Assembly (NCBI GenBank): GCA_012026655.1
Contig: JAAILG010000713.1
Location: 1-64,000, forward strand
DNA length: 64,000 bases
Source: Hydrolagus affinis
Lineage: Eukaryota
Direction: 5' to 3'
Part shown: positions 1 through 12,871 of the stretch, one piece after another
Layout of the letters: the number at the start of each line of letters is the position of its first letter
Numbering within the stretch: the first letter of the stretch is position 1
Notes under the pieces: model-generated
Database searches by the model: none
The model's input: only the letters and a program-made list of their open reading frames with translations
Told to the model about the DNA's origin: nothing
Position numbers and translations under genes: made by a program

Positions 1-2700
1 CCCCCCCCCCCCCCCCCCCAGCGCTCTCCTCGCTGAGGCAGAAGGCAGGGTTGGACTCCGGAGCGAGAAAGCGCGACTGTGATTCTGTGGCCCAGAGGAG
101 GGTTCCAGATAAACTATTCCGGGCGTAAAATAACAGTCGGAATTTAACTGTCTGCATTGCATCCTCTCTCCTGATTTGATCCCAAGTCTGCGCCGCGAAT
201 GCATTTCCATTGCAGTACCAACTGTCCCCACTAGCTGTAGTAATTCCTCCCCTTTGATTATCCGCCACTTTCCCTTATTCCATACAGTAAAAGCAAGAAT
301 TACAGCGCTTCCTATCTATCGCCTGGCGCTCAGCAGTCGAGTAATATATATATATATATATATAAATACATAGTGCCTGTTGCCAAGAGGGTGTGTTTTT
401 TTTGTCGCTGGCTGGCTGGCTGCCTGGCTGCTCTGAAAGGTGGTTTGAATGGTCCCTGGAAGACAAGAATGAGAGCAACATGATTTCTGCGAGAAAGGCG
501 GCAGAAAAATATCCTTTGCATTATTTGGTTTGGCACAACAAATACAAGGATCTGGAAAAGGAACTCAGCAATAAGCAGGTGGGTGATGATGCGTCTGCCT
601 GTCTATGTGTGTGTGTGTATGTGTGCTTTATGGGATGTGCAATGCAAGTGCGGTTATCTAAATACAGTACTGTCACACACAGTATTACACATAATCTCAC
701 AGCTGTGAAATTATGTGTCAGAAAATTATATTTATATTGAAAGCATGCATATTATTAATGGGAAGCCCCCCCCCCCACACACACACACACACACACACAC
801 ACTGATATTAAAATCCGGTTGGATCTAAATTCTATTAATGACTTTTTCGTGCGAATTTACGACTCTTTAGGAATATTTATGTGAAGGAATCGTTCGTGTG
901 CTATGCCGTGAGTCGGTGGTTCTGTTACCTGAATGCATTTACTGTGTTAGTAATAATAATAATAATCAGGGAAACCGTTACCCTGACACTTGCGTTTACA
1001 GATTTAGTTTTCATTTTAACTGTCGCAGATCGCCTAGAGAAGGCGAAATACAGACACATTCTGTGCGTGCTTTACAGTCGCTGAGTATTTCATGAGATTA
1101 TTTCAGTTTATAGAATAAACACCGGGAGCAGGAGGGAAAGGAGATTTCGAATGATTGCGGTTAAACGCGACTCATATTTGTGGCGAAGTAAACGGTTTGA
1201 ATTTTTGTTTTTGGGGGGAATTAAACAAAAATGTGCATTCGGAACTGAGGCGTTAGGGATGGAAACAGGTTTAAGCAACAAAGAATATAACAAGCAATGT
1301 CGTTTTGTCAACCGAACCGTACCTAACGCAGAAGCGCAAAAAACAGAAGCGTGAAACAAAATGCAAACCAAAAAATGGGCGTGAATTGAAAAAAAACACA
1401 TTTTTAAAATTATTTGTGGACTCTACAGAAGACGTTTTAGCCGAGTAGTATTTCTTGGACAAACTCAACCTTTTTGACACACACAATTTTTAATATATAT
1501 ATATATATACCAAACAAAAAAAACAACCAAATTGTGCATTTTTGCACCTGCTGTTTTTTTTCCCAAAAATTCACAAACGCCGTATGAATCAGGCTGCTTC
1601 TCGCCTGGCAATGTAGTGATGCTGTCCTGATCTTGGCATTTGACTTATGACTATATTTATTATTATTATGATTATTATTGCCTACTCTTATCATTCGCAT
1701 TGCGAAGGTTGGAATACGGGACTAATTGTCATTCTGACAATCCTTGGAATATGTTGACACAGTACAAACAGGAGAGATGACAAGTCTGTCCGGCTGCCTG
1801 CACACCCCAGCGCCGAATGAGAGACGTTTCATTCATTAAATCGTGTTGAAAAGCGCTGGGCAACATACCCTTGATAGAGCCAGGCGTCTCTACTCTCTAC
1901 TCTCTCTACTCACAAACTCCCCCACCCCTCTCCCCCCCTATTTATCACTGACTCGACTTACTTATCCAATGTCTCTTGTATCAACTCGCATTTACATTTT
2001 GGGGGGTGGGTTAATTTTTTTGTGTTTTTTTTAACAAAAAAGGGAGCAAATAATGAATAATTGCGGGGTGATGGCAGGAGTTTATTTGGCTGCTGTGACT
2101 TGCAAGGCGCCTGCGGATTGCCAATGCAATGTGACAACGCTTGCACGCCATCCAGATACATCAGTTCACACTCGGGTGTCAATCCAATTCAACCGTTGTC
2201 AACAAGGGCTGTGCATACAATTATTAATCTCCAGCCCAGGCTGGATACACGAACTTCTCTGGTATGTGGTGGGTGGGAGATTTGCAGAGATTACTGCGAG
2301 TAACTGTACTGTAGATCGGTTGTGTCAAAGCTTTCTTCCTTCGTGCGAAAGGTGTGCAGCGGATAATCGAATTAATTTCTAATTCGTAGAGACGATATAT
2401 ATATATATGTACAGTATACAAGTATATGTATATATACACAAACACAAACACACACACACATACACATGTATATATAGTGTGATTTCAGACAGACAATATC
2501 CCGACCTCGGAAACCCGACAGGATTTGACCACCTGCAACTTGTTTAGGACAGTAGTTTAACAAGTTCACAGGGAGGGCGAGAGTTGATTTGATTTGCTTA
2601 ATTTGACTACCCAAACAGTTTTTTCCCCAAACGATCCACGTTTCCCTCTTTCGCTCAGTCTTTCGCTCGTTTCCAATGCTGGCTGGAAGCGAGCGAAATT
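1..2700 (+). promoter_or_regulatory. Promoter/5'UTR and CpG-retaining region around exon 1
   Basis: Many CpGs at 20-340 and 840-2700, even in AT-rich context, and almost no SINEs, unlike the rest of the intron. This suggests a hypomethylated promoter domain. The TSS cannot be placed. Confidence 0.55.
480..578 (+). CDS. ANKRD13B: ANKRD13B coding exon 1 (MISARKAAEKYPLHYLVWHNKYKDLEKELSNKQ)
   Basis: ATG at 480 in AACATG context. The 33 codons match the ANKRD13B N-terminus as I recall it (SARK...KYPLHYLVWHN...LEKE). Donor CAG|GTGGGT, phase 0. Confidence 0.95.
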
Positions 2701-5657
2701 GGGTTCGGAATATACATTACAAAAGTATGATTTATATCATGAAATAGATAATTTCATGCTTTTTTGGGGAGAGTGGGGGGTGGGGTGGGGGGGTACTGGA
2801 CGCTTAATGCCTTCTCTTTTTCTTGGAAAGAGAGAGTGTGTGTTTGTGTGTGTGTGTAAAAAAAATAAATGATGGTTATTCACAATTCGAATAGACAAAG
2901 CCAAGTTTTGCAGATGAGGGGGTTTGACAAGAGACAGTGGCACTTAACTACCAGCAAATTGTGGTATCTCTTCTCTCTTCAACTAACCAATTACAATTTC
3001 CAACCTGCACAAACACTGGGTGTGGAATTAAAACACAGCGCCAAAGAAAGCATCGCTTTCAATCTCACAGATTCACTTGCATTATTTTGTGATCTGTTCT
3101 ACCCATGGTCGGGCGGATAGTGTGTGTGTGTGTAGGGAGGGGAGAGAGAGAGAGGGGTCCCATTGCAACCTGCAATTAAAACGTGTAATGCCTTTATAAA
3201 ACAATCTGTTAAGGACACTGCTGGAGGCTGCTGTAGGAGCAGGAATTTTGTTAAAACTTGAGCTGAACCCGACATTTTTAATAGCAGAGATGGGAGCCGA
3301 GTGATTAACACCAACCATTCAATAAGCTCCCTGAACAGGGACAGAGTGGGCGAGAGAGAAACTGGGTGTTGGTAAAGGGCTAGATTACAGAACACAGAGA
3401 GAAAATATTCTAACCTCGTTATGCAATTGATATTGCTGTCTGGTTGAAATTGGGCTTCCCCCCCCCCCAAGGTTTACCAAGGTTTCATTTCAGGGTATAC
3501 CAGCAGCCTGATGCTGCAAGACAAACAGAGCTTTAGCTGGGAAATAGAGGAAAGGTTAATTATTTATCTGTGAGTGTTGATTACACTAACATTTACTGTA
3601 ACTCATTCAGGGCCACTCGATTTACACTGATTCCTTTGGCAAATCTCTACCTGGAGCATGTTTGTTGGTAACAGCAATGGTATTGCTGTACAATGATCCT
3701 TTCATTACGCCTTATTACGTCGCCAAGAAGCCCCAAAGTGCTTCGTAAGATTTTCAGCAAAAGTGTAGTGACTGTGTATTTTGTAGGCAAACGCGGCAGC
3801 CAATTTGCGCACAGCAACGTCCCCCACGAACAGCCCTGAAGTGAGCCATCGATTTTATCTGGAGGGATTTGTTGGTAAGGACACTGAGAGAAACTCCCTT
3901 CTCTGTTTGAATAACGCCGCAGGATTTTTACCCATCCATCTATGGGGTTGGGAGTGAGATAAATCACTAAATCCTGCCCAAAGACCCTCCTTTTTGATCA
4001 TGTCTTACTGTCACCTCCCTCCGCCCTATCCCTCCAGATGCAGGGTCAGACTCAGCCGGTGTGAAGGGCGTGGTATAAATACAAGTTGTTGTTGTAGGTA
4101 AATGTTTTAATCATTAAAATGCAGGGTGTAACAGAGGTCACTGGATCTGACCTGGAAAGAGTTCAGTCACATCCACGTGTCTGAATAACAGCTGTAAAAA
4201 TAAAGGTTCACATATAATCCATATATGACAAAGCAGTAGATTAGAAAGCAGATGGTATTAAATGATATCGATGCTAAATTGAAGCTCAAGAGGTTTATCA
4301 ACATATGGTACGTTCTTAAAGCGCACTGTAGCCTGTGTTATTCTGTATCATATAACCAAGCCGGTATTCATGCCAGATAATGACACACATTAGACTTTCA
4401 CAGTCAAGACACATAATTTGAACTGAAACAATGTCAAGCTTCATTTCACCACCAATTGGGAATAACACATAATGCATGTACTGTACTATTCTTTTCCTGT
4501 GGTCAGTTTGGTGTCAACTACATGTGGAGAACTAGTGGCATGCGGTCTCGGGATCCATTATTGTGAAGCGCTCCGAGACGCCGTCCGGCGTGGAGGGCGC
4601 TATATAAATTGAAGTTGTTGTTTTTACTTAAAGACTATCCAAACCAAACTAATCGAGAGTGCCACAGAATGAACAGAAATTCTGTTTAGAGTATGAACAG
4701 AAATTTCAATTTGTTTGGTACGGGGTGAGCACTCACTCCCTGGAGGGATTCACACTGTTTACCTATTCCCAGAGAGTTCAGCTGCAGGTTGGTAAGAGAT
4801 AAGGCTTGGGTGGAATCACAGAGTATTCATTGGAATATGTTTGGACACAGGACAACTTCCATGTGGATGTGGCCTTGTATAGTCAGATTGGATCTCCTAA
4901 CAGCATGTATCAGACACCCAGCTGATCAAAAACACATGTGTTAACAGGCTGCCACCAACACATTAAGGTAGAGCAGGATTGAAGGAAAGTCTGACCATGC
5001 CCTCAGAACCATATCCCTTCAAGAGGGAAAGAGCCAAGAAAAGGGAGAATTATCGAGGAAAAGAATAGCGTAGAGTTTGAGTGGCTTTAAGCAGTCAAAA
5101 GATTAAAGGGCAAATGGTTTATATTTGTGGCTTTCCTCTCTTAATTTTGCACATTTTAAATCCAGCTGAGGAGCTTCTCTTGCTCTTCCCCGCAGTTGAT
5201 TTGATTTTACACATGAAAACGGAGCATCATTGGAACCCGAGTATTTTGTGTATTTGGCCAAAAGGCGTGGGTTGAAAGGCGAGAATTTCAAATAGTCAGC
5301 AGTTATTGATTTTGGATCGCCAGTTTGGACTGCGTGCTCTCGCTCGCCTGATGCGTCGAATGAATCTCTTTGTCGAGGTTCCGCTGCATTACAAGATGAT
5401 CAAGTTGCAATATCTCACGGCCTTGAATTCGATTTGTTTCCACTTTTACCAGCACCAGCCGGACACCATGTTTCTGTTGGCGATACAGCACCACTGTGTC
5501 TACTACCCAGTCGTCTCTTTACTCTACTCTAGAAATCAATCTTGCAATACCCGCACACGAGGCTCCATCGATGGCCAGTGTAACTGTAATACTTTTTAGA
5601 GTTTAGAAAAAAGTCACGTAGACGGTAATGATTTTTCCATTGAATCAAAATCTAGGT

Positions 5658-6072
5658 GTCAGCCGGGCTCAGTCGGTAACACTCTCGCCTCTGAGTCAGA
5701 GGGCTGTGTGTGGGTTGAAAGCCCCACGTTGGGATTTGGAACTCGCAGGTCTAGGCTGGCCCTGCAGTGCTGGGAGTGGGCTGCATTGTTGGAGGTGTCA
5801 GGTTTCCGATGAGCCGGTGAAGCTAGATCCCATCTGTCTGTTTAGGGGTACAGTATGTTAAAGATCCCATGGCACTATTCGGGGAAAAAAAGAGAAGGGA
5901 GTTTATTTTTCTCCCAGTCTATTGACCAATAGTCCTCCAAGTAAAATTGGCTACTCACGTTTTGCTTGTTTATGGGCAAAATGAGTGTCTAATTTTCTTA
6001 CAGTAAATCATGTGAAGCACTCTGAGACATCTTGCTGGATTGAAAGGTGCTATATCAAATCAAGGCTTTTTA
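5658..6072 (+). mobile_element. Near full-length Deu-domain SINE (SacSINE1/AmnSINE1-like), old and diverged
   Basis: tRNA-like head (gctcagtcggtaacactctcgcctctgagtcaga), Deu core (ttaaagatcccatggcactattc...gagaagggagt) and L2-type tail (tgtgaagcactctgagac...gctatatcaaat). Confidence 0.8.
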
Positions 6073-9000
6073 TTTTTAACTCACTCCTGCTTAAACTGAG
6101 TAGTGTTTTTTTTTGTAATACGAATCTCGCCCATGCATTTCTGGGAAGTTTTCCAATGTGGGCTGTAGATGTAGTTTTGCAGTCGAAGCAGACAACACAT
6201 TAATTCAGCAGGAGATTAAAGAGTTCCCACTGTTTCCACCTTTACCAATCCTAATCCCATTAACTGTTCATCCACAGAAATTGGTTTAAGACCCAGTGGC
6301 TCATCTATTGCTGGACACCAGCCAGTGGATCCACATTGTAATTCTGGCCTTTCCCCTCATCTGTTCATTGATGCACGTTGTCAAATTTGTGTTCAAATAT
6401 TAATAGGATGCCAGCAGGAGTTCCTTGCCAGACAACTAGGACATTTGTGTTGGTAAACTAGCACATGTTCAATATCAGAAATGGGATTAAATTTACAAAT
6501 CTGCTGTGATTGTTACAATGGTGATTGTTGCAATACAATTTGCAGAGTGTTTAAATACTGTACTGGGGTTTTAATAATAATAATTCTTACATTTGATGTC
6601 ACCTCTTCTCACCTCTTTTGAGAAAATCTCGAAGCGCATCACAGAATATATTGTAAAGGGAATTGACTGTACTTTGGGGTAGCCATTTACATACAGAGAT
6701 GTGACATTTGAAAATCGGATGCCATTGTACGCAATTGGCTGCCACGTTTCTCGTATAAAATACACAGCCAATTCACTTTACAGTATATTCTGTGAAGCGC
6801 TTTGAGATGTTTCAACGACAACGTGCTAATACGCTGCATCAAATGCAAGGATTATTATTATTATTATTATCCTCTGAGCTCACATGTGAAGAGCTGGCAC
6901 TTGGGTATATTAAAAATCTGCCAGGCCCCTGTCAGATCTCCGTCAAGCATGAGTTACTGATCAGACCTAGCATTGTTCAGCTTTTTACTAGGCAGTTAGC
7001 TCCGTTGCCTGAAGCATCAACTGGGCAACAACAATTATTGTCAACAAAACCAATGTGTTTGTACACTGTAAAGTAATGCGTCAGAGAGTTTTTACGATAA
7101 ATACAATCTCGTCTGGGATCACAGCACACACAGCAACAAGACCCCACTCTACGTTTGAACTTTGTTCCCGTTGATTACATTATTCAAATAATCCAACGAT
7201 GTTTAAGAAAATGTAATAATAATGGTAATCCTTGATTTTTGATATACTGCCTTGCCATGTCATTGAGATGACTCAAAGTGCTTCACAAGGATTGTACTGT
7301 AAAGTATAGTGACTATGTACAAGGTGTAGGCAAATGTTGCCCACAAAATATACAGTCAATTCAGTTTACGGTATGTTCTGTGAAGTGTTTTGAGAAAAAA
7401 GGACTTTGAGATAAAGGTGTAAAGGTGCTATTTCTGATGCAAGCATTATTATTATTAAATGCACTGTCCATTTTTACACTTAGCAATAGCCCACAGACAG
7501 CCATGACCAATTTTATTTGGAGGATTGTTGGCGAAAGGATTGAATGGAGAAACTCCATTCTTTCTCCGTATAATACCATGGGAACTAAACAGGTACCTTG
7601 GTGTTGTGCTTCTTGATAAAGACTCTACTGAAATCACCAAGAGTGGCTTGGAGTTCAGCCATTTTTTGCTGTCTGTCAACACAGGCCAATTTATTTATGT
7701 ACATTTTTTTTGGAGGCATTATTATCCCCAAGGGAACAATCTGCCAATTGACTAACGACCAGGTTCCTATTTACTCCTAGGAAAAGAGTTGTGGGGAGTG
7801 AGGAAACTTGACTAACGTTTCTCCCTGCCCGGCAATCGAAGCCGGACCTTCTCGCTTTCGAGGCAAATGCTAATCCAAAACCCTGTCCTGTGTGACTCCA
7901 CAAACTGTATAAAGCTGATACAGTGATAAAGGGGCTTGTTCCATTTAGTTCCCTCTGGAAGTAGAGAGGCTTTTCAGTCGTATTGACATGTGGCTTTTCA
8001 GTTGTATTGACATTCGTGCTTACGTTTGCATTAGCCAAATGTTTCAAATTGTGACTGGTAACCTTGATTACAAACATTGTTAGTACAGTAGTGCTACAGT
8101 GGGAATAATCATGCCCGTCCCTGAGAGTGTATCGGTTTTACTTGTTATAGATTTCCTTAATACATACAGGGACTTTTCCCTTCCTCCCTCATTGCACCCC
8201 TTACCCCCCATCCTCACCTACTTCTAATTTTGTTCCCTCTTCTCTTGAACGTCTCGGTTCTGGCTCAGATGTATTCCAATAGTCCTGGCTCTTTTCCAGG
8301 AGTTATATTTCACTTATAAGTGTGAGCTGGCAGAGTGGGTTATTTACTGTCAGATACAATTGCATCTTTATCCAGAACTGCAAAATCCATAAAATCAACA
8401 GCAGGAACAGTGGTTGACATCTATTTCCCTCTCTCTCCCCCCCCTACCCCCAACTGCCTCCAATCCACGCAAGGGTGGGGGAGAGAAGCCAATTATACCA
8501 ACATCTTTGTCTACCCCAACCCAAGCCATCAGCTACATCAGTGTAAACTAGGGATCTAGTTAACTGAGGTGTCAACAACAAGAACTTGCATTTATATAGC
8601 GCCCTTCACGCCGGGTGCTTAAAAGATCATTTTTCAAGATATTGAAAACATGTTAGAACATAGTACAGAATTGTGGAAAATCCTTAACATTCAGCCTTAA
8701 TTTGGAAGCTGGTTCCTCTCTGGTTCCAACACTCTGATGTATTGCAGCTAAATGGTTAACTCCGAGTGAAATCAGCAGAGGCTTTCTGGCCCTGGCGCCC
8801 TTTGTGGTACCCAGTGGGAAGTGTGCAAAATGTTTCAGCTAGTAAGATAGGATAGGAAGTTTGGATAGGAAGTTAGAGGTCCCATGGCTCTATTTGTCCT
8901 CGCCAATAATCCTCTGGATAAAATTGTTCACTCACTTCATGGCTGTTTGTGGTCATTGCTGTGTGCGAGTTGACCACTGCATTCATCTACAGATAGACAG

Positions 9001-10540
9001 TGACTGCAGAACTGTTGAGAAGTTTTAAAAAAAACACAGCACTGATTTCCAGACTGATACAGACAACAACTTACATAGGCAACCTTCAGTTGGTCATCCC
9101 GGAGTGCTAGCCTTGAAAGCCAGCTACAGACTTGGTCTTTGTCCATTAGATTGCTATTTAAAATGATACAAGCTGTTTAATTTTTCAAGCCTTCTGAAGC
9201 TTTTACGGAAGCAGTTCTGTGTTTTACATACCTGCCAAGCTACCACCATTAGTGGTGACGGATTTTCCTCTGCAAGTCTGTGCCATGTGATTTACAGCAT
9301 TATGATAGGGTGGAAAATAAAGCACAGGTTCTTTTTATTGTAATACACTTTGGTTTGCTGTAATGTAATACCCCGTGTGTATTGTAAGTCTATGAATTTA
9401 AAAAAAAGGCCATTTGGCTCACCGAGCCTGCTCTAGTAGCAACTTGCATTGATATAAATCACCATTCTCGTAAAACGAATGCCTGACATGTTTTGATTCA
9501 TATACCCCAGGGGAGAGGTGATCAGCTGGTTGGGTGTTTGTACAGGTCTTTAGAAATGAGCACCTTCCTTGGAACTTTATTGACTGTGTGCACAGATGTG
9601 CTCATTTATAAATGAATACGTAATTTCTTTTCCACAGTCGACAATCCCTGTAATGCAGCCTTGGAGAGTCTTACAGAAGGGTTCGAGGAGGGGGAATAAA
9701 TTAAAGGTTTTCATATAATAATGATAATAATAATAACACAACAATAATCTCTACATTTGATGTAGCTCATTTCATGTTCAAAAGATGTCTCAAAGCACTT
9801 TGCACAGACAAGTCGAGTGATTATGTATTTTTGTTTGACAAATGCAGCAGCCATGAGGTGAATGACCAAATAGCCAGGGTTGTAACAGGCACGTAAGACT
9901 GTTACAGAGATTTGTTTTCCAATTTTTCTATTAACTCCTGCCACCGATCACCTTTGGGAGTGATGAGTGTTCCTGCGCAGGTCTGCGCTGTGTGATCAGT
10001 GATTTACCGCATTGTAAAGACAAACCCAAGTTATGACAGGGTAAATAAAAGCAACGGTTAACGCTAGACGGTAACCTTTGACAGGCCGGAAACCATGGGT
10101 GATCATTTGCTCTTAAGTGCTCTGGGACACTACCCCCGCATGAAGGGCATTATATAAATGCAAGTTGTTGTTTTTGTTGTTGCCTTCTGTAGCCCATCGT
10201 CCTGGAAACCAATTGTAGGGTCCAACTGTGGCCCTGGATTTAATATGTGTGTGAAGACAGTAGGGGTGGGTGATCTGGAAGGATGAGACAACTTAGACTG
10301 AAGGGTCTTCTTCATCCAAACCAATCTCATGATCTTGTGATCTAAGCACAAACCACATTCCCAGGAGCTACCGAGCCATCGAAAACTGCTCAGATTAATA
10401 ATAAGGTGAAGCTTATTATATTATTAATATTATTATTAATGATAATATTATTTACTGCATTGGCCTCAAATTTCCACGTACCTTTCTTAGTCGTGCTTGG
10501 AGAACTTAAAATCAGGCTTCAACATATACCTATGCAAATC

Positions 10541-10697
10541 AACAATAATAACAACAATTTACATTTATAGAGCACTTTTCACATCGGGAGGATGTCCCAA
10601 GGCTCCGAACAGACAGGTTAGGACCCAAGCTGTGGGGAGGGGTTGGGATAGGGGGAAGGAGAGTAGGAAAATTGACTATATTTATGGGCGAAATCAC
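10541..10697 (-). mobile_element. SINE fragment carrying an alternative (L2 type B) 3' tail
   Basis: SINE body (aattgactatatttatgggcgaaa) fused to a tail also seen on the L2 at 51455-51690. Same junction at 53374-53390. Confidence 0.65.
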
Positions 10698-11585
10698 ATT
10701 AATGAGTACATTTGTGTTGCCAATTCTAATGGATTCTCACCCAGCTGTTTGAGGCAAATTGTACTGTATATTGAGGAAAATATGTCTGGAATTGCGGAAA
10801 CCTTTACCTTCTGCGTAGATGCTGACAACGAGTCTTTAGATCCTCAGAATGATACTTCACTGCTGTTTTTGTGCTGACATAGTGAATAGATCCTGAGTAA
10901 ATAGATGAAAGCACAGTTAAAACAAGCCTGGGGTTTCTTAGAATAGCGAGTCACAAGATTTGCGAGCGCAAGAGAAATACAAGCCGGTTGATGTTTCTGC
11001 CTCTGTTTATATGAACAGGTAATTGCGTGTGTAACTCAGTCTAAAGAGACTCCAGTCATGCTCCTTTCCGTCCGAGAAGTATTCCGTCCTTCGGGTGAGA
11101 TATTAAACCGAGGTCCCATCTGCCCTTTCAAGTGGGCGTTAAAGATAGCACGATTTCGAAAAGAGAAGGGAGTTTCTCTCTCCTGGTGTCCTGGCCAACA
11201 ATCCTGAATATAATAATGATCCTTGCATTTGATATAGCGCATTATCGCATCTTTGAGACATCTCAAAGCGCTTCATGGAACATACTGTAAAGTGAATTGA
11301 CTGGGAATCCCTCTCGTACATGTATAATGAGGACTATTTTTGGCAAAGCAATAGAGAATCAATGTAGCTTCCTCAACAATGGAAAAGGGGGTCAGGGAAA
11401 GTACGATGCCTAAATAATGTACAACCAGATTAATCTGTCATTCACCTCGTGGCTGCTTCCTGGCACAATGGCTGCCAGGTTTGCCTAAAGTATGTCACTA
11501 CATTTAACAGTAATTAAATGTGGAGCTCTTGGAAATGTTTCAACCTGATGAAGAGCTTTAAAAATGCATAAACATTCTTTTGTCT

Positions 11586-11790
11586 GAGGAACATAGGAAC
11601 AGAAGTAGATCATTCAGCTGTTCGAGACTGTTCCGCCATTCTATTAGATCATGGCTGATCTGTAGCTCAACTCTATTTACCTGTCTTTGTTCCATATCCC
11701 TTGATTCCCTTACTTAACAAAAATCTATCTACCTCACCTAAAAAATTGAATTGGATTGATCCAGCAGTCACATAACCTTTCGGGAGAATA
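11586..11790 (-). mobile_element. CR1 LINE 3' end
   Basis: gaacataggaacagaagtagatcattcagc...gatcatggctgatct is the reverse complement of the chondrichthyan CR1 3' UTR. A matching + copy is at 56245-56617. Confidence 0.7.
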
Positions 11791-12008
11791 TTATTATTAT
11801 TCCTTCAGTTTTCTTTCCTTCAAATCGCTTGATCCCTTTTCCGCCCACTGGGGTTCAGTCCCAGGAAGGCTGATGCCAGCACCTCACTCAAGCTGCATTC
11901 ATTATAATGAAGACACATAACTAACATATTTTACAAGTTACGTTTGTAGCATTCCTTCAAGTTTTCTGCAAGTGATCTTGACATGGCTTACAAGCTTATA
12001 GCCTTCAT

Positions 12009-12347
12009 AATAATAATAAAATAATAATCCTTGCATTTGATATAGCGCTTTTCAAATCTTATCTTATCGCCGTCCCAAAGCGCTTCAGAGAATATACTGT
12101 AAAGTGAATTGACTGTATATATTTGTGGGCGAATCGCGGCAGCCAATTGCGCACAGCAGTGTCCCACAAACAGTCGTGGATTGAAATGACCAATTTTATT
12201 ATTGTGGTTTTTTTTTGGAGAGATTATTATTAGGCGTGTGGAGTAAGGAAACTTGCCGAAGGTTTCGCCCTGATCTGTCTGGATTCGAACACATGTCTCC
12301 CCAGCTTGGTCTCCCCAGCTTGCAAGACAAGTGCCACAGGAGCTCTA
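12009..12347 (-). mobile_element. tRNA-derived SINE, short form
   Basis: (TTA)n end, L2-like tail, Deu-like body, head with B box (GTTCGAATCC on the - strand). Head partly deleted. Confidence 0.85.
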
Positions 12348-12871
12348 CCAAATTCATCAAATCAGTAGCAAACAACTTTCGTAATCAAGGCTGTACTTGT
12401 ACAACCCAGCTCAACAGAAGCAAGCCAACACAGTGATTGACTTCTAATCGCAATAGTAATTCAAAAGAAGCCTACCTAATTTACCTGACACAATAATCCC
12501 TTTTCTATCTTAATTCTCCAAAAGAATAATTCAGTTCTGATTCACAACAGTAAACAACACCATCACCCCAAAGAACATTCTGAAGGAAATGATGGAAAAC
12601 ATTTTCAATCCACGACTATTTGTGGGACGCTGCTGTGCACAATTGGCTGCCGCGTTTCGCCCACAAATACACTGTCAATTCACTTTACAGTATATTCTGT
12701 GAAGGGCTTTGAGACGTCATTAAGATGTGAAAAGTGCTAAATCAATTGCAAGGATTATTATTATAAGTAGCGTAAAACATCTTGGAACATTTTATAATGC
12801 CAGGCATGTATGTTGAGTAAGGCAGAGGGGCGGTGGGGGGGGAGTCTAAAGAGTAATATAATATAGTTTCT

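Noticed and set aside
393-479. In-frame N-terminal extension of ANKRD13B from GTG at 393
   Set aside because: Non-ATG start. Homology to ANKRD13B begins at the ATG at 480, which has a good -3 A context.
7968-8013. 24-bp tandem duplication, plus microsatellites such as (TA)n 345-362, (CA)n 776-802 and (GA)n near 15743 and 55265
   Set aside because: Ordinary slippage products with no sign of function.
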